This document shows, piece by piece, positions 38,676 to 50,496 of a stretch of 64,000 nt of DNA. Under the pieces are notes generated by a model. That model searched no databases and was not told the DNA's origin. It saw only the letters and a list, made by a program, of their open reading frames with translations. Source of the DNA: Octopus sinensis (taxonomy: Eukaryota); assembly GCF_006345805.1 (NCBI RefSeq), contig NC_043013.1, positions 13,268,001-13,332,000 on the forward strand, written 5' to 3'. Position numbers and translations under genes: made by a program. Within the stretch, counting starts at the first letter, position 1. The number at the start of each line of letters is the position of its first letter.

Positions 38676-39535
38676 GAGCAAAACGCCCCGACCCTCCGTT
38701 CAATGGATGGCGCTGAGTTGTCAAATATTTAAACCAAATTTTCTCAAAACAACTTGTCCGACCGTCCCATTTTGTGGCATTATTTCAAGCCAGCCGGCTT
38801 TTTTTGCACAAACTGCACGTGCATTTTTCTCGCGTATATGTAGTATCGATCGCAACAGCTGATGTACTTGCGCATACAAATGCACGTTGCCATGGCTTTA
38901 TCGATCGCATTCTCACCTGGAATAAATTTTTGTGATATTGAGTGACAGACACACCAGATTGAGCTCTCACTGGCAGCCGTTAGCTGCTCAAGACCAGAGC
39001 AAGATCTCACAAACTTCCGGTGGGCATACGCAATGAGACAGTAGGCCTTTCCGGAAGGACACCTATATAAGACAGCTCTTGATTGTTTTCATTCTCTGTT
39101 CCTGCACGCCTCTCATGCTAGAATCAGCTCATCTCACTAGCAGCAACCCACTGTCTCACACATACAACATGCCAGACGATACACTGCACTAGTGATGGTT
39201 AATGAGAGCCAAACTTCGAGCCTGTAAATAAATGTTATTCAGATTTGTTATCTCACTTTGTCTTCAACTTGATACTTTGACTGGATTTAAATTTATAATG
39301 GGAGACACAAGATACCCTACCTTATCTTGGCTAACAATGGCCTCCCATTATTAGTATCTCTCAAGCATATAAAAAGAGACATATGAAAATCAACACGTAA
39401 GCTTAAGAGTTATCTCCCTTATTGACATCCTTAGAAGAAGTTGTCTACTAATTACTGGGATAATTTCAGCTGATCAAAGTTTTTCAACTCACTATATACC
39501 ACAACTGAAAACCAGGGACATATTTTTTGTATTAC

Positions 39536-39573
39536 CTCAATTTTATGTTTTCCTGCATCCATTTCTTTATATC
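39536..39573 (-). CDS. TRPM: Micro-exon A4 (38 nt, phase 0->2): DIKKWMQENIKL(R), splicing in frame into the TRPM exons
   Basis: Context tttattttatttcAG|GATATAAAGAAATGGATGCAGGAAAACATAAAATTGAG|GTaata. Flanks at about 39400-40230 are homologous to the A1-A3 modules, and the peptide resembles TRPM2 SWIPENIKKK. Confidence 0.75.
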
Positions 39574-40896
39574 CTGAAATAAAATAAAAAAGATGTAATT
39601 TGAATGTTTGAAGGAATGATGGAGTTCTGTTTAACATTAATTCTATAACATGGAGTTTCAAATTTTACAACAAATTATACCTTGAAGACAAAAGTGAATA
39701 CTTGTAGTGCAAAACATGAATGGAGACATGATTATCTGGTGGTGATAATCCAATCCATACTAACAAAGACACATGATTTCTTTTAATCTTATTTATAGTT
39801 TTTAGTATGGTACACTGGAATATGAATGGATGGAATATGAATGAATGAATGAAATCATCTGGGTTGAAACAGAATTTCAACCAATTTAAATAACTGTTTA
39901 AAACTTGTAAGCTATGTCAGATTATGAAATGTATACAGTATCTCTCATATACTTTTTAAAAATGGCTAAAAAGAATGGAAAATGAGTATAGAAAACAGTT
40001 GAATGATCCTGTTATTGAATATTTTGTAGCTCCCATATATTAAGTTGCAACTTCAGTCTTGTTAGACCTTTTAAAACTAATATTCTAAACTTTCTTTCTA
40101 TCAGGCTGCTAATATTTGGAACTGGATCTAATAATTCCATAAGATTTCTGAATAACCTGCATAAGGTGATTCCATATGACATATTCATAATAGAATATAG
40201 CTTAAAGAAATATGGCTCATTCAAAGCCAACACTTTGTCTATGATGCATTTTATACATTGAGAGGTTTGGCTGAGAAAATGGAGGTATATAGAGAAGAGT
40301 ATAACTAATTATGAGGTACTGGAAGAAATGGTGAACTGTGACACGAGAATGCAGGGTTTAACAAATAAAATTATGCAGGGTCAACAGGATTTGTGATATA
40401 CAATAGAATTGACCTATGCAACAATGTGTCACCACAGAAAAATAGATGTTTAAATGATAATGATGATGTTTAATAGTACTTATCATCTTGGTTGTTTTAT
40501 ACGAAGCACATGACAACAATTTTATTGGAAGAGAAATACAAAGCTATGATAACTTCTTATTTCTCTTCAAACAGAAACTGAAACTAGGACTTGAAACTGA
40601 GAATTAAAACCAGGTGACTGCCTCAGTTCACTGGGTGTTTATCTTCCAATGTAAGAGGCTTAGTAATGTCCAACTATAAGTACATTCTTCAAAGTCTTTC
40701 TTCCTTTGTTTATGAAGCCAGTGCCATTCAACTTCATAATTATACTCTCTGATTAGTTTTCTCTTTTTGCTTTAAATAGAAATCACAGTGGAGCTCAAAA
40801 CAGTCCTCCAAATCAGTGGATCCTATTGGATCATCCAACCCATGCCAGCAGGGAAGATAGAAGTAAAAGGATTATATTACTACATTATTATATGTT

Positions 40897-40944
<48 letters not shown>

Positions 40945-40982
40945 AAAAAGGAGATGTGGAACACGAGTTGTGATATATAAAA

Positions 40983-41299
40983 AAAGGAAATGAAGAAAAT
41001 GCTGACAAAATAATTTAAGTAAGGGAGAGTGTATTTAATTAGGTGAAAGTTCTTTTTACCGGTTGCGCATTTGTTATGCTTATCAAAAGATATTTTTTTA
41101 AGTGAGATAGAGTTCCTTTCTGATAGATTTTTTCTCTTATCTGATAAGAGAAAAAAATCTATCAGAAAGGAACTCTATCTCACTTTAAAAATATATCTTT
41201 TGATAAGCATAACAAATGCGCAACCGGTAAAAAGAACTTTCACCTAATTAAATACACTCTCCCTTACTTAAATTATTTTGTCAGCATTTTCTTCATTTC

Positions 41300-41303
<4 letters not shown>
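40983..41303. repeat. Near-perfect 320-bp hairpin (about 160-bp arms, 1-nt loop at 41142) flanked by (TA)n
   Basis: Centre ...ttctcttatc T gataagagaa...; the arms differ only by a few homopolymer indels and substitutions. Confidence 0.9.
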
Positions 41304-41382
<79 letters not shown>

Positions 41383-42569
41383 GGTAAGGCTTCAACAATT
41401 CATATAGCACTCAATCAGCTAACAAAGTAAAGAAATTATTAGTATAATAAAACCCCAACTCTTATGGAATAAAACTAATCAGGGTTTCCTGGTTGAAATA
41501 TTAATTTATTTCACCATTTTTCAAGCTGGTAATAACAAGACACTTATTCAGTTGCATTCAAAGCAGTTGACAACTGAATACGAACGCTCATTTAGAAAAA
41601 GGCAGAAAGAAAGAATGCAGAGAGGAAAGCACAGGGGAGATAACCAATGTTACAACAAACATTATTCATATAACAATTACACAGATCAAATTGGAATGGT
41701 TTATGATGTGTCCAATGGTCTTTAATTTCTGCTAAGATGCATTTTTTGAAATGCAGATGTAAAGAAGAAACCTTGTTCCTGGAATTTACATGGTCATTAG
41801 AGACCTTCAAGTTCTTTAAATGATAATTTTTGGAGGGAACATTCAAACATCTTTTTTGACTCTTAATGTATAAGTAGCACAGAGGGGATAGAGTATATGT
41901 GGCATAAGAATGTGAAGGGACAGTCATGGTCGTACAGGACATGCCTGTATGTATGGATGACCACGATTTTACTTTGCTTGACATGTTTTTTTCAAGCCTA
42001 GCAAATCGTGAGAAGTCTCAGCCCTTCATCATCTACTCAGTGAGTTTATATATGGGAATATATAAGTAGATTTGTGTGTGTGAATGTATGTGTGATTCTC
42101 TCTATGTGTATGTGTGTATGTGTCTGACCAATGACTACTAAAGGTCATAGTGGGAAATTCACATGTGCAGCCAACCATGCAGAACAAATGGGAAATACAG
42201 CCAAACAAAAGTCAATACCACTGAAGGTTTAGCCTGTGTCACACACTACCCTCAATAGTAGTCGGACAAACATGCTATCAGAGTTCACACCATGAGGTTC
42301 TCAGCCACAACCAAATTCAAACTACTACAAACAGAAAGAATGGCCTTGAAGTGGAAGATTTTAAACTAACAGAGATAATACTTGTATACTGCCTGAGGAA
42401 ACACAACTAGATCTCTTTATGCAAGCAAACAGTTGCATAATTAAATACTTGTATCCTTGGAGAACTATGTAGTGAATAACAAACAAATGTCCAACAGTAC
42501 TCCCTATTCATGACTTCAATTTCTTCAATTATATATGTGTGTGTGTGTAGATATATACAGAGTGACAAA

Positions 42570-42600
<31 letters not shown>

Positions 42601-43219
42601 GAGAAAAAGAAAGAGAGAGAGAAGGAGAAGTAATGTTTATGTAATGTTTATCACTATCTGAAACCGGGGTGTTTAAAAGGTGTGACATGCAGTGTCTGAT
42701 TTTGCAACAAGCATACTAGCAAGTTAAGAAAACGCATATAAGAAATGAAAGCAGATTTTACACAGAGCAGTAAATTTTCTATATATTGTGAGAAGGGGAG
42801 AACTACTGCTATGTCTCGCAGATGAGTATCCACCACCAAGGATGACCATAAGAAGATCCAAACCCTACGGCCTAGTAATCTCGGGGCTAAAATAGTAGGG
42901 AGCTATCTCCACTCTTGTAATATATATCAAGTGCAGAGTGCATTGAATAACAAGCTGGAGCTAAACTAGCAGTATCGTCGGTTCCAAGAGAACACCCGTA
43001 TTTAGGTGGCGGTAAACTCCCAGTATAAATACCGCTTTATCTCTGATAAAGATTGTCTTAACTAGCTAGTTTATTTGATATATATATAAGGATTTCCAGA
43101 TGAAACGACTGGTCATACTGACACCAGTTTCTGTAAGAATCAGTCAATTACTCCTTGAGATATTTTGCAAAGAAAGAGTACAGGCTGCAATAGTTTTGTG
43201 CCAGCCTCAGTATCTCTTC

Positions 43220-44210
43220 CAAAATGAGAAATGTTGAGAGGACTAAGTTCATCCAGGCCTTCAGTAATGGTACCAATATTCATTCTCTGGCTTCCATCTT
43301 CAAAATCCATTTAAAAACCAACAAAAGAATTGGGAATAAGTTTGAAAATGTGGGTATAGAGAAGGAGGGGAGCTGGATCAGGATGTCATAACTACAAAAG
43401 AGATCATCATTTTAATCTGGACCTGAAGAGATCGGTCAGAAGAGATCCATCTCAATCCATAAGACATTTGGCCCATAAGAGTGGATTTTCGGCTACGAAA
43501 TTTCCAAGAATGGTGATAAAAGACTTGAAAAGGAAGTAGTACCGAGACCTGTGAGGTACCTTGTTACTCCGGGACAAAAGGTTAGAAGGTTGGAGAGAGT
43601 GAAGATCATGTTGAACAACGGGAAACACAACCCTAGATTGAGCTTTGCTCAAATGAGATTTTCACCCAAGATAAGCATACAAACATGCAACAACCACGTT
43701 TTGGCTTCAGCTCCTCAGGAGAGAGAGCCAAAAGTGTCATTTTTTGGTGCAAAACGCTACTAAGATGATGCTTTTCGCCCATGTGGCCTCTGATGGCATG
43801 AAAATGCAACTGATTATGTTTGAGAAGACTGACAGGAGTTTGTTATGTTCAGATTTTGAAAGATGTAAAAACCTGGATTCTTTCTTAATATCCTGAGACA
43901 AATCACGAGGGATACCCCAACAATTTCGCTAAGGATTTCAAGTTTACATGTCCTTGTCTATCAAGTACAGTGGCTGGAAAGTTCCTCAGGGATGAGCTTG
44001 AGAACAGGTTTGAGGATTTGAACCATCTAGATGTCAGCATCTGGGATGAACTGATAAGAAAAAGTTTGAGTGAAGATTCACAGTAACTTGCACACCTGCA
44101 AAACATCCATGGGAGGAGAGCATTGATAAGGAATTCATTAAGATAGCTTAGTAAATCTTGATGCCGAACAGGTAGGATTTCAGCTAGGCATATCTTTGGC
44201 ACCTCAAAAT
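43220..44210 (+). mobile_element. Decayed Tc1/mariner transposase relic
   Basis: Manual translation gives KRSVRRDPSQSIRHLAHKSG (HTH), YLVTPGQKVRRLERVKIML and DLNHLDVSIWDEL (SPDLNPxD-like), with stops and frameshifts. Confidence 0.7.
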
Positions 44211-44579
44211 AAATTTTGAAGTTTCTATTCGATCTTTACTCGAATCATCTATGAGCTTTGAATACTGAGCTATGGTTAATTATTTATGAACATGTCATTT
44301 CTATGAATCAAATGTTTGAAACCAAAGTTTGGACAATTTTGTTGATACACCCAGGATATACATCTGGTCCATGTTGATTTGCTGAATTCTACAAGCTCTT
44401 TTCATTCTCTCTCTGTTTATTTTCTCTTATTCTCTTCTGTTGAAGAGCGTAGGCTTGAAACGTAAAAGACTTTTTATTTTTCCCATTCTTCAAATTAATA
44501 CACTTGCTTGTTTTTCATACACCTGTCATCGTCTTTATTTTTCTATAAATTTCAGCTATATATATATATATATATATAT

Positions 44580-44920
44580 ATAGTCCCACAGCGTGGCACC
44601 TTGGGCAAGTGTCTTCTACTATAGCCTCAGGCCGACCAAAGCCTTGTGAGTGGATTTGGTAGACAGAAACTGAAAGAAGCCCATCGTATATATATGTGAG
44701 TGTGTGTGTTTGTATGTCTGTGTTTGTCCCCCACAACATCGCTTGACATCCGATGCTTGTGTGTTTATGTCTCCATAACTTAGCGGTTCGGTAAAAAGCG
44801 ACCGATAGAATAAGTACTAGGCTTACAAAAAATAAGTCCTGCGGTTGATTTGCTCGACTAAAGGTGGTGCTCCAGCATGACCACAGTCAAATGACTGAAA
44901 CAAGTAAAAGAATAAAAGAA
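44580..44920 (+). mobile_element. SINE (5'-truncated) ending in a CR1-like 3' tail
   Basis: Same body as 21190-21524; tail ggtggtgctccagcatgaccacagtcaaatgactgaaacaag. Confidence 0.78.
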
Positions 44921-45199
44921 ATAAAAGAATATATATGTATGTCTGTCTGTTGGAAATAACAGTCAAAACTCTTATTTAAATTGCCAAAAATTAACACTGA
45001 TGATAACTTAATTCTAATTATAATCATTCAGCTATTTAATGCTTTTTCAGGGCTTGCAGTCGCCTATATTATTGATTCTGTTATTATCCTTTTTATAATA
45101 GTCATTCCAGATGATAACAAAATAATGTCTAAGCAAATTAATTTTCGAGAATTACATTTTTCTTCTCACGAATTGTTTGCTCTTGTATATATATATATA

Positions 45200-45425
45200 T
45201 CATCATCATCGTTTACCGTCCGTTTTCCATGCTGGCATGGGTTGGACGCTTCGACCGGGGTCTGGGAAGCCAGGAGGCTGCACCAGGCTCCAGTATGATC
45301 TGGCAGTGTTTCTACAGCTGGATGCCCTTCCTAACACCAACCACTCTGTGAGTGTAGTGGGTGCTTTTTATGTGCCAGGGGAGGTTGGCAACGGCCACGA
45401 TCGGTTGGTGCTTTTTACGTGCCAT
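45200..45425 (-). mobile_element. RTE-type 3' tail (short retroposed fragment); a second copy lies at 55023-55170
   Basis: Reverse complement matches the RTE 3' UTR at 57660-57880 and ends in (gat)n. Confidence 0.65.
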
Positions 45426-45437
45426 ATATATATAAGC

Positions 45438-45468
<31 letters not shown>

Positions 45469-45488
45469 TGTATGTATGTATGTATGTA

Positions 45489-45677
45489 TAGGACAATCAG
45501 TAAGTTGTCATAATAGGACTCAGAGTTTCAAATGCCAGAGCTAAGAGCTACGATCCATTCTCATCAGCTATGATGACAACCGACGCAATAAAAAAACGTT
45601 TGAATATATGGAAAGTTATTCTAATAGCTTAGCTCCGGCATTCTGAGTCCTATTATGACAATTTACTGATTGTCCTA
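45489..45677. mobile_element. MITE-like element with about 36-bp terminal inverted repeats
   Basis: taggacaatcagtaagttgtcataataggactcaga ... tctgagtcctattatgacaatttactgattgtccta. Confidence 0.7.
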
Positions 45678-45859
45678 AACTATACATATATAAATTCCTC
45701 TATTTACCTAATATTGGGGTCTCATTTATTTGTTGTCATTTTATTATTGTCATTTTTTCCTTCTTTCTTCAAATTTTCTTCCGTTTCTCGCCAAGTGTTT
45801 TCCGCACACCTAGGGCAGAGAAGCTCATTGTATGCATTCCCAGATTACACATGCAAATT

Positions 45860-46608
45860 CACAGGTAGAATATGTATTTAAAAATTAATAAATAAATAAA
45901 TTCATGAATTGATGTTTTCACAGCGATAATGCTCTTCTCAGTACATGAGCCGTTCCAGTTAATACGAGTTTTTGCAATTCCTGTAGGGATGGTAAACCTG
46001 GTATCATTTTCAAATAGGTTTCTGTACCTTTTTTTATCATTCCTAGAGGTCCTACAATCACTGGTACAGTAGCCGCCTTGAGATGCCACATTTTTTTCAA
46101 TTTCTATTAGCAAGTCTTTATATTTACTGATCTTGTCAAATTCTTTCGCCGCTATATTCTGATCGCAAGGAATACTCATGTCAATTAATAAACACATCCT
46201 TTTTGTCTGATCTTTTATAATAATATCCGGTTTATTAGCTTTTATAGTTTTGTCAGTATGTACGGTGAAGTCCCATAGAATCGACACATTTTCTCCCTCA
46301 GTCACAGCTTCAGGATGGTGTTTATACCATTTGTCAGCGGTTTTGATTTTATAATGCCGACATATTGTCCAATGTAAATACTGGCCGACTCTGTCATGTC
46401 TTGCTTTATATTCTACAGGTGCTAAGACTCTACACCCTGAGATTAGGTGGTCTATAGTTTCAATCTCATCGTTACAGAATTGACATTTTGGGTCAGCTCC
46501 ATTTTTTATCACATTGGCTTGATAGTTCCAGGTTAATAAGCTTTGGTCTTGAGCAGCTAATATGAAGCCTTTACTCTCTGCTTTTAGCCCTGAGCTTCGT
46601 AAGTGCAT
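45860..46608 (-). mobile_element. R4/Dong-type RLE retrotransposon 3' fragment
   Basis: ESKGFILAAQDQSL; CQFCNDEIETIDHLISGC..LA..Y..RHD; ANKPDIII...LIDMSIP..(PD..D/E.K endonuclease). Confidence 0.88.
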
Positions 46609-47431
46609 CTATATATATATATATATATTTATTTAATTATAATATATATAGATGTGTGTGTGTGTGCGTGTATTCCCTTTTCTTTTGCCTTTGCAACGGG
46701 TACATTCTCTCTCACTCTCTCTGACTCTATCCATCTATCATCGTCCCTCCTTCGCTATTTCAATTGATAGGCAAATAATGCCAAACTAGTTGTAATGTAT
46801 ATGCGTACTCATTAAGGATTTCTTGGACTAAAGGAAATTGAAACTGTAATTGTGATATTTTTTAAACTAAGCACAGGGACCAGCAGCCTCCTGGCCTTTG
46901 GTCTTTAAAATGTTTTTCTTTTCAGAATATTTCTCCAACCTTCTTCCCATTTCTAGAAGCTCTGAGATATCACAATCAATGTTGGCACTATGAAAGGTTG
47001 GTATGGAGTGATAGTCGAGATGCTTGAGTGGAGACATGTAAATGTATGTTGTACCCAAGAGGTACGATGAAGGGGATCCTCTGCTAGACTGCTTATGAGC
47101 AAAGGGCATAGATGCACATTTTTCAGAGTAGGCAACAATGAAATCATAAGTGGCGTAGGTATTCTACCAGTGGAGAAATGGATGGATAAGGTGATCGAGG
47201 TAGTCAGGGTATGTGATAGGATTATTAAGCTAAGAATAGCCTTGTTTGAGATAATTGTCAGTTATTTCCACACGCGGGACTCGCAGATACTCAGAAGGAC
47301 CACTTCTACGAATCCCTTCTAACGACTACCTCGACGATGAAAGACGGCGACATTCTCTTCATGAGAGTAGAATTCAATGGACATGTTGGAGAACACTCTG
47401 ATTGATATGTATGATTGATATTGTTTGCCCT

Positions 47432-47480
<49 letters not shown>

Positions 47481-47510
47481 GCGAGAAAGAAGCAACAAGA
47501 ATGGATAGGT

Positions 47511-47601
47511 TTTTAGTACGATCGTTTCATACAAGGACAGGTTTTATTAAAAGTTGCAAAGATTACAGCATATAAACGAGTCCCGTACTCATCAGCTAAA
47601 A
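47511..47601 (-). ncRNA. Type I hammerhead ribozyme (mirror copy)
   Basis: Exact reverse complement of 54761-54851. Confidence 0.8.
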
Positions 47602-50496
47602 TACATGTAAGTTCTCTAGACATCCTAGTGTTTGAGGCTATACTCATGAAGTAATGTAGATAATTAAACAGATTTCTAAAGTTCATTAAAGTTCTTTAAA
47701 GATGATGCATAGTCTTATCACAGAATTTTAAAAAAGTTTTGGTAGCATCACAGAGAAGGTGACCTAATCCATATGAATTTCCATAGATATGATGAGGGAT
47801 TATATACTCACAGAAGACAAATTTATCCATTGTTATTAGCATTACAGAGAGGGTGAATTAATCCTTTGTATATATGCACAGATTCCAATGGTGTAGATGT
47901 AAATTTCCAGAGAAATGGAGATGAATTTCATATTCACAGGCGATAAATTTTACAATGGTTGAACACAATGAGGTAGGTACCAATCCTTGTTATATGATTA
48001 GGTGTTTGCCATATTAATCACATTACTGCTATTCACAAGAGGCTGCAGCTATTTAACTCTTAAAGGTTGAAGGGCTTACTAGATCGGCCAAGAATAGAGA
48101 AGGGAATAGAAGAAAAGAGAGAAAATAATGGAGGAGGGAGCAAAAAAGGGGGGGGAAAGGGGGACTAAAAGAGAAGAGAAAAGGGAACAGAGAATAAGAA
48201 GAAGAAAAAGAAAGAGAAAAGAGAAAGGAATAGGGAAAGAAGGGAAAAAAAGAAAAAGAAAAAAGAAAAAAGAGGGTTCTAGTTATACAGAAGAGCTAGT
48301 AGACTGTAAGTCTGGTTTTAATCAACAGGCATCTGGGAACTGGAGGGGAATATTATTATTCTTTGACCAGTAAACCGTTAATTTATTGCTGTTGAAATCA
48401 GCCATGAGTTTAAAGAGAATCTAAAGAGATAACACAGTCAGGGGTTAAGGGGTCAGATGCTAAAATCACCAGAAAATACATTAGGAAAATCTAAGTATAA
48501 TCTTATCAAAAAGTCATTAAAAATTTACTTATTTAATTTATTCATTTTATTGTCTTAAGGAGTTGTCGTTATTATTCATACATTGACCGACTACAGGTCA
48601 AATCTTATAAGATCATTTACAAGGTGTTAGGGGATTGTCTATCCTAATGAAGATAATCATATTATCACCGAGGGAATAGCCTTATTTATTTAATTATGAA
48701 ATAGAATTATGGGGCTACAGTAACTAATTATAATTTATTAGAGTTATGCTATTTAAATTAGATTAAGTTAGGAATTAAAATTAAATATTACAATTAAGAT
48801 TTAAAATTAAGAATTTAAAAATTGTGAGTTTGAAATTAAATAAAGCCTCAATTAAGTAGCGAATAAGCACTATTCATTTCTCTGTTCTCAAAAAACTGAT
48901 GTAGATATAAGGAAAAAGATAAAGATAACTGTAATGTGAGAACTCTTAGTTATCTACTTAAAGCAGTGCTATACTAGTAGAAATCAAGTTATATCTATCT
49001 ATCTAGCTATGAATATTCCAATCATTTAAAATATTTTAAAGTCTTCAATTTAGCGTGGACACAAACTTGACCTAGTTCGATATGGTTATTCAATAAGTTT
49101 CTATGTTTACTATGCTTTAGAATTTCGTACGTCTCCATGGAGCATAGTTGACAACCAACCCTACTATTTTTATACGGAATTGCTCTCCTAACTATTTCCC
49201 AATTAAGGGTATAATTTTTGTTATTATTTTTGAGTTCCCAGATTTTGTTTGAAAGTGTGGTGGTACCAGCTTTATGACGTAATTTAAAAGTCGAGATGTG
49301 ATTTCTAACTCTGGCTAAAAAATTAATTGTACAGCCAATGTAAAAATATTTGTTATTCTCCGTGGATATGGTACATTTATAGATTACATTATTTTCCCTA
49401 CATAGACCAGGTGCCGGGCATTTTGATTTTATTCTACACTTACACACAGGAGGAACAACTTCAGGCCTTGGATTATTCCTGGGTAGATGTTTAAGGTTCC
49501 TATTATTTTGATTATCATTTCTATAGTTGGTACTGATATCTAAAGTATTGTTATTATTTATTGATCCTTCCGTTTCATCATTTAGGCGTAAAGTCCTACC
49601 AAGATTTCTTATATTATTCGTAATGTTATTATTATTGTTAGTCTTTTTATCCAACTGTATATTATTGTTATAGATATCACTGATATTTTCATTCTCCTTA
49701 TTTTCTCCATTAGCCTTATTTCTATTATTTCTATTATTAACAATATTACTTCTATTAATATCGGCATTGTTATTATTACTATTAATGTTAATGTTATTAG
49801 TCATTCTGTGGTTACTAATTTCACCTATGTTTTGATAGTTCCTATTGCTGTTTTTATTGTTGGTAGTATTATTGTTATTGCTATTGGTATTCATTCTGAT
49901 ATTATTATTTTTATTTCTATCTTTCCTGGCTAGTTTAATGTTGTTATTATTAATTTTAGCTATTAAAGTGGACATATTTGGGAGGGTTGAATAAGAAATC
50001 CTAACTGTTTTCCTAGAAATAATTCTATGATATCTATGAGAGATAGGGAAATTTTTTTCCAGAATTACTTTGAATTTGTTCTGTATATCCGATTGTATCG
50101 CACAGTTGAAAGGAATATTCAGCCATAATATATCTTTTTTATAAAATTTAGGGTTCGTAGAATTACTACTATTCATCTCACCGGAGTTATTGTATTTATT
50201 ACCATTATTTTTATTTTTATTTGTGTGCATCTTAGGTTTATCTACTTCAATCTTATCCGAGTTACCTATGTTCTGGTCAATGCTTCTATTTGAATTGTTG
50301 GGCCTGTACTCTAGATTGGCGTTTACCGTTAATTTAATTCTACTTTTATTTCGGGTTTGGTCTTTTTTGCTGCTTACTTGATTACTGATAACTTCATTAT
50401 TAGGAATACGTGAGTTCTCCCTATCAACGAATGTAATCTTTTGGTTGTATCCAGCCTTAGTTAACGCCGCATTATAATGCTCAGAATGGGAGTTAA

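Noticed and set aside
38680-39230. GC-richer island with short ORFs on both strands
   Set aside because: No recognisable protein motif. It resembles a DNA-transposon end, but the partner terminus was not found.
42780-44210. Possible endogenous viral or novel ORF
   Set aside because: Manual translation of 43220-44210 shows Tc1/mariner transposase motifs; the upstream part is unclassifiable.
44425-44475. Hammerhead-like TTGAAGA-GCGTAGGCT-TGAAACGTA motif
   Set aside because: Core C3 is replaced, stem I is not convincing, and no PLE coding sequence is adjacent. At best a degenerate repeat tail.
48128-48373. Lys/Arg/Glu-rich 81-aa ORF (also 53989-54234)
   Set aside because: Translation of a purine-rich low-complexity tract in the PLE tail.
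49022-50230. 402-aa minus-strand ORF as a separate GIY-YIG gene
   Set aside because: It is the exact mirror of the PLE ORF C-terminus produced by the inverted duplication.
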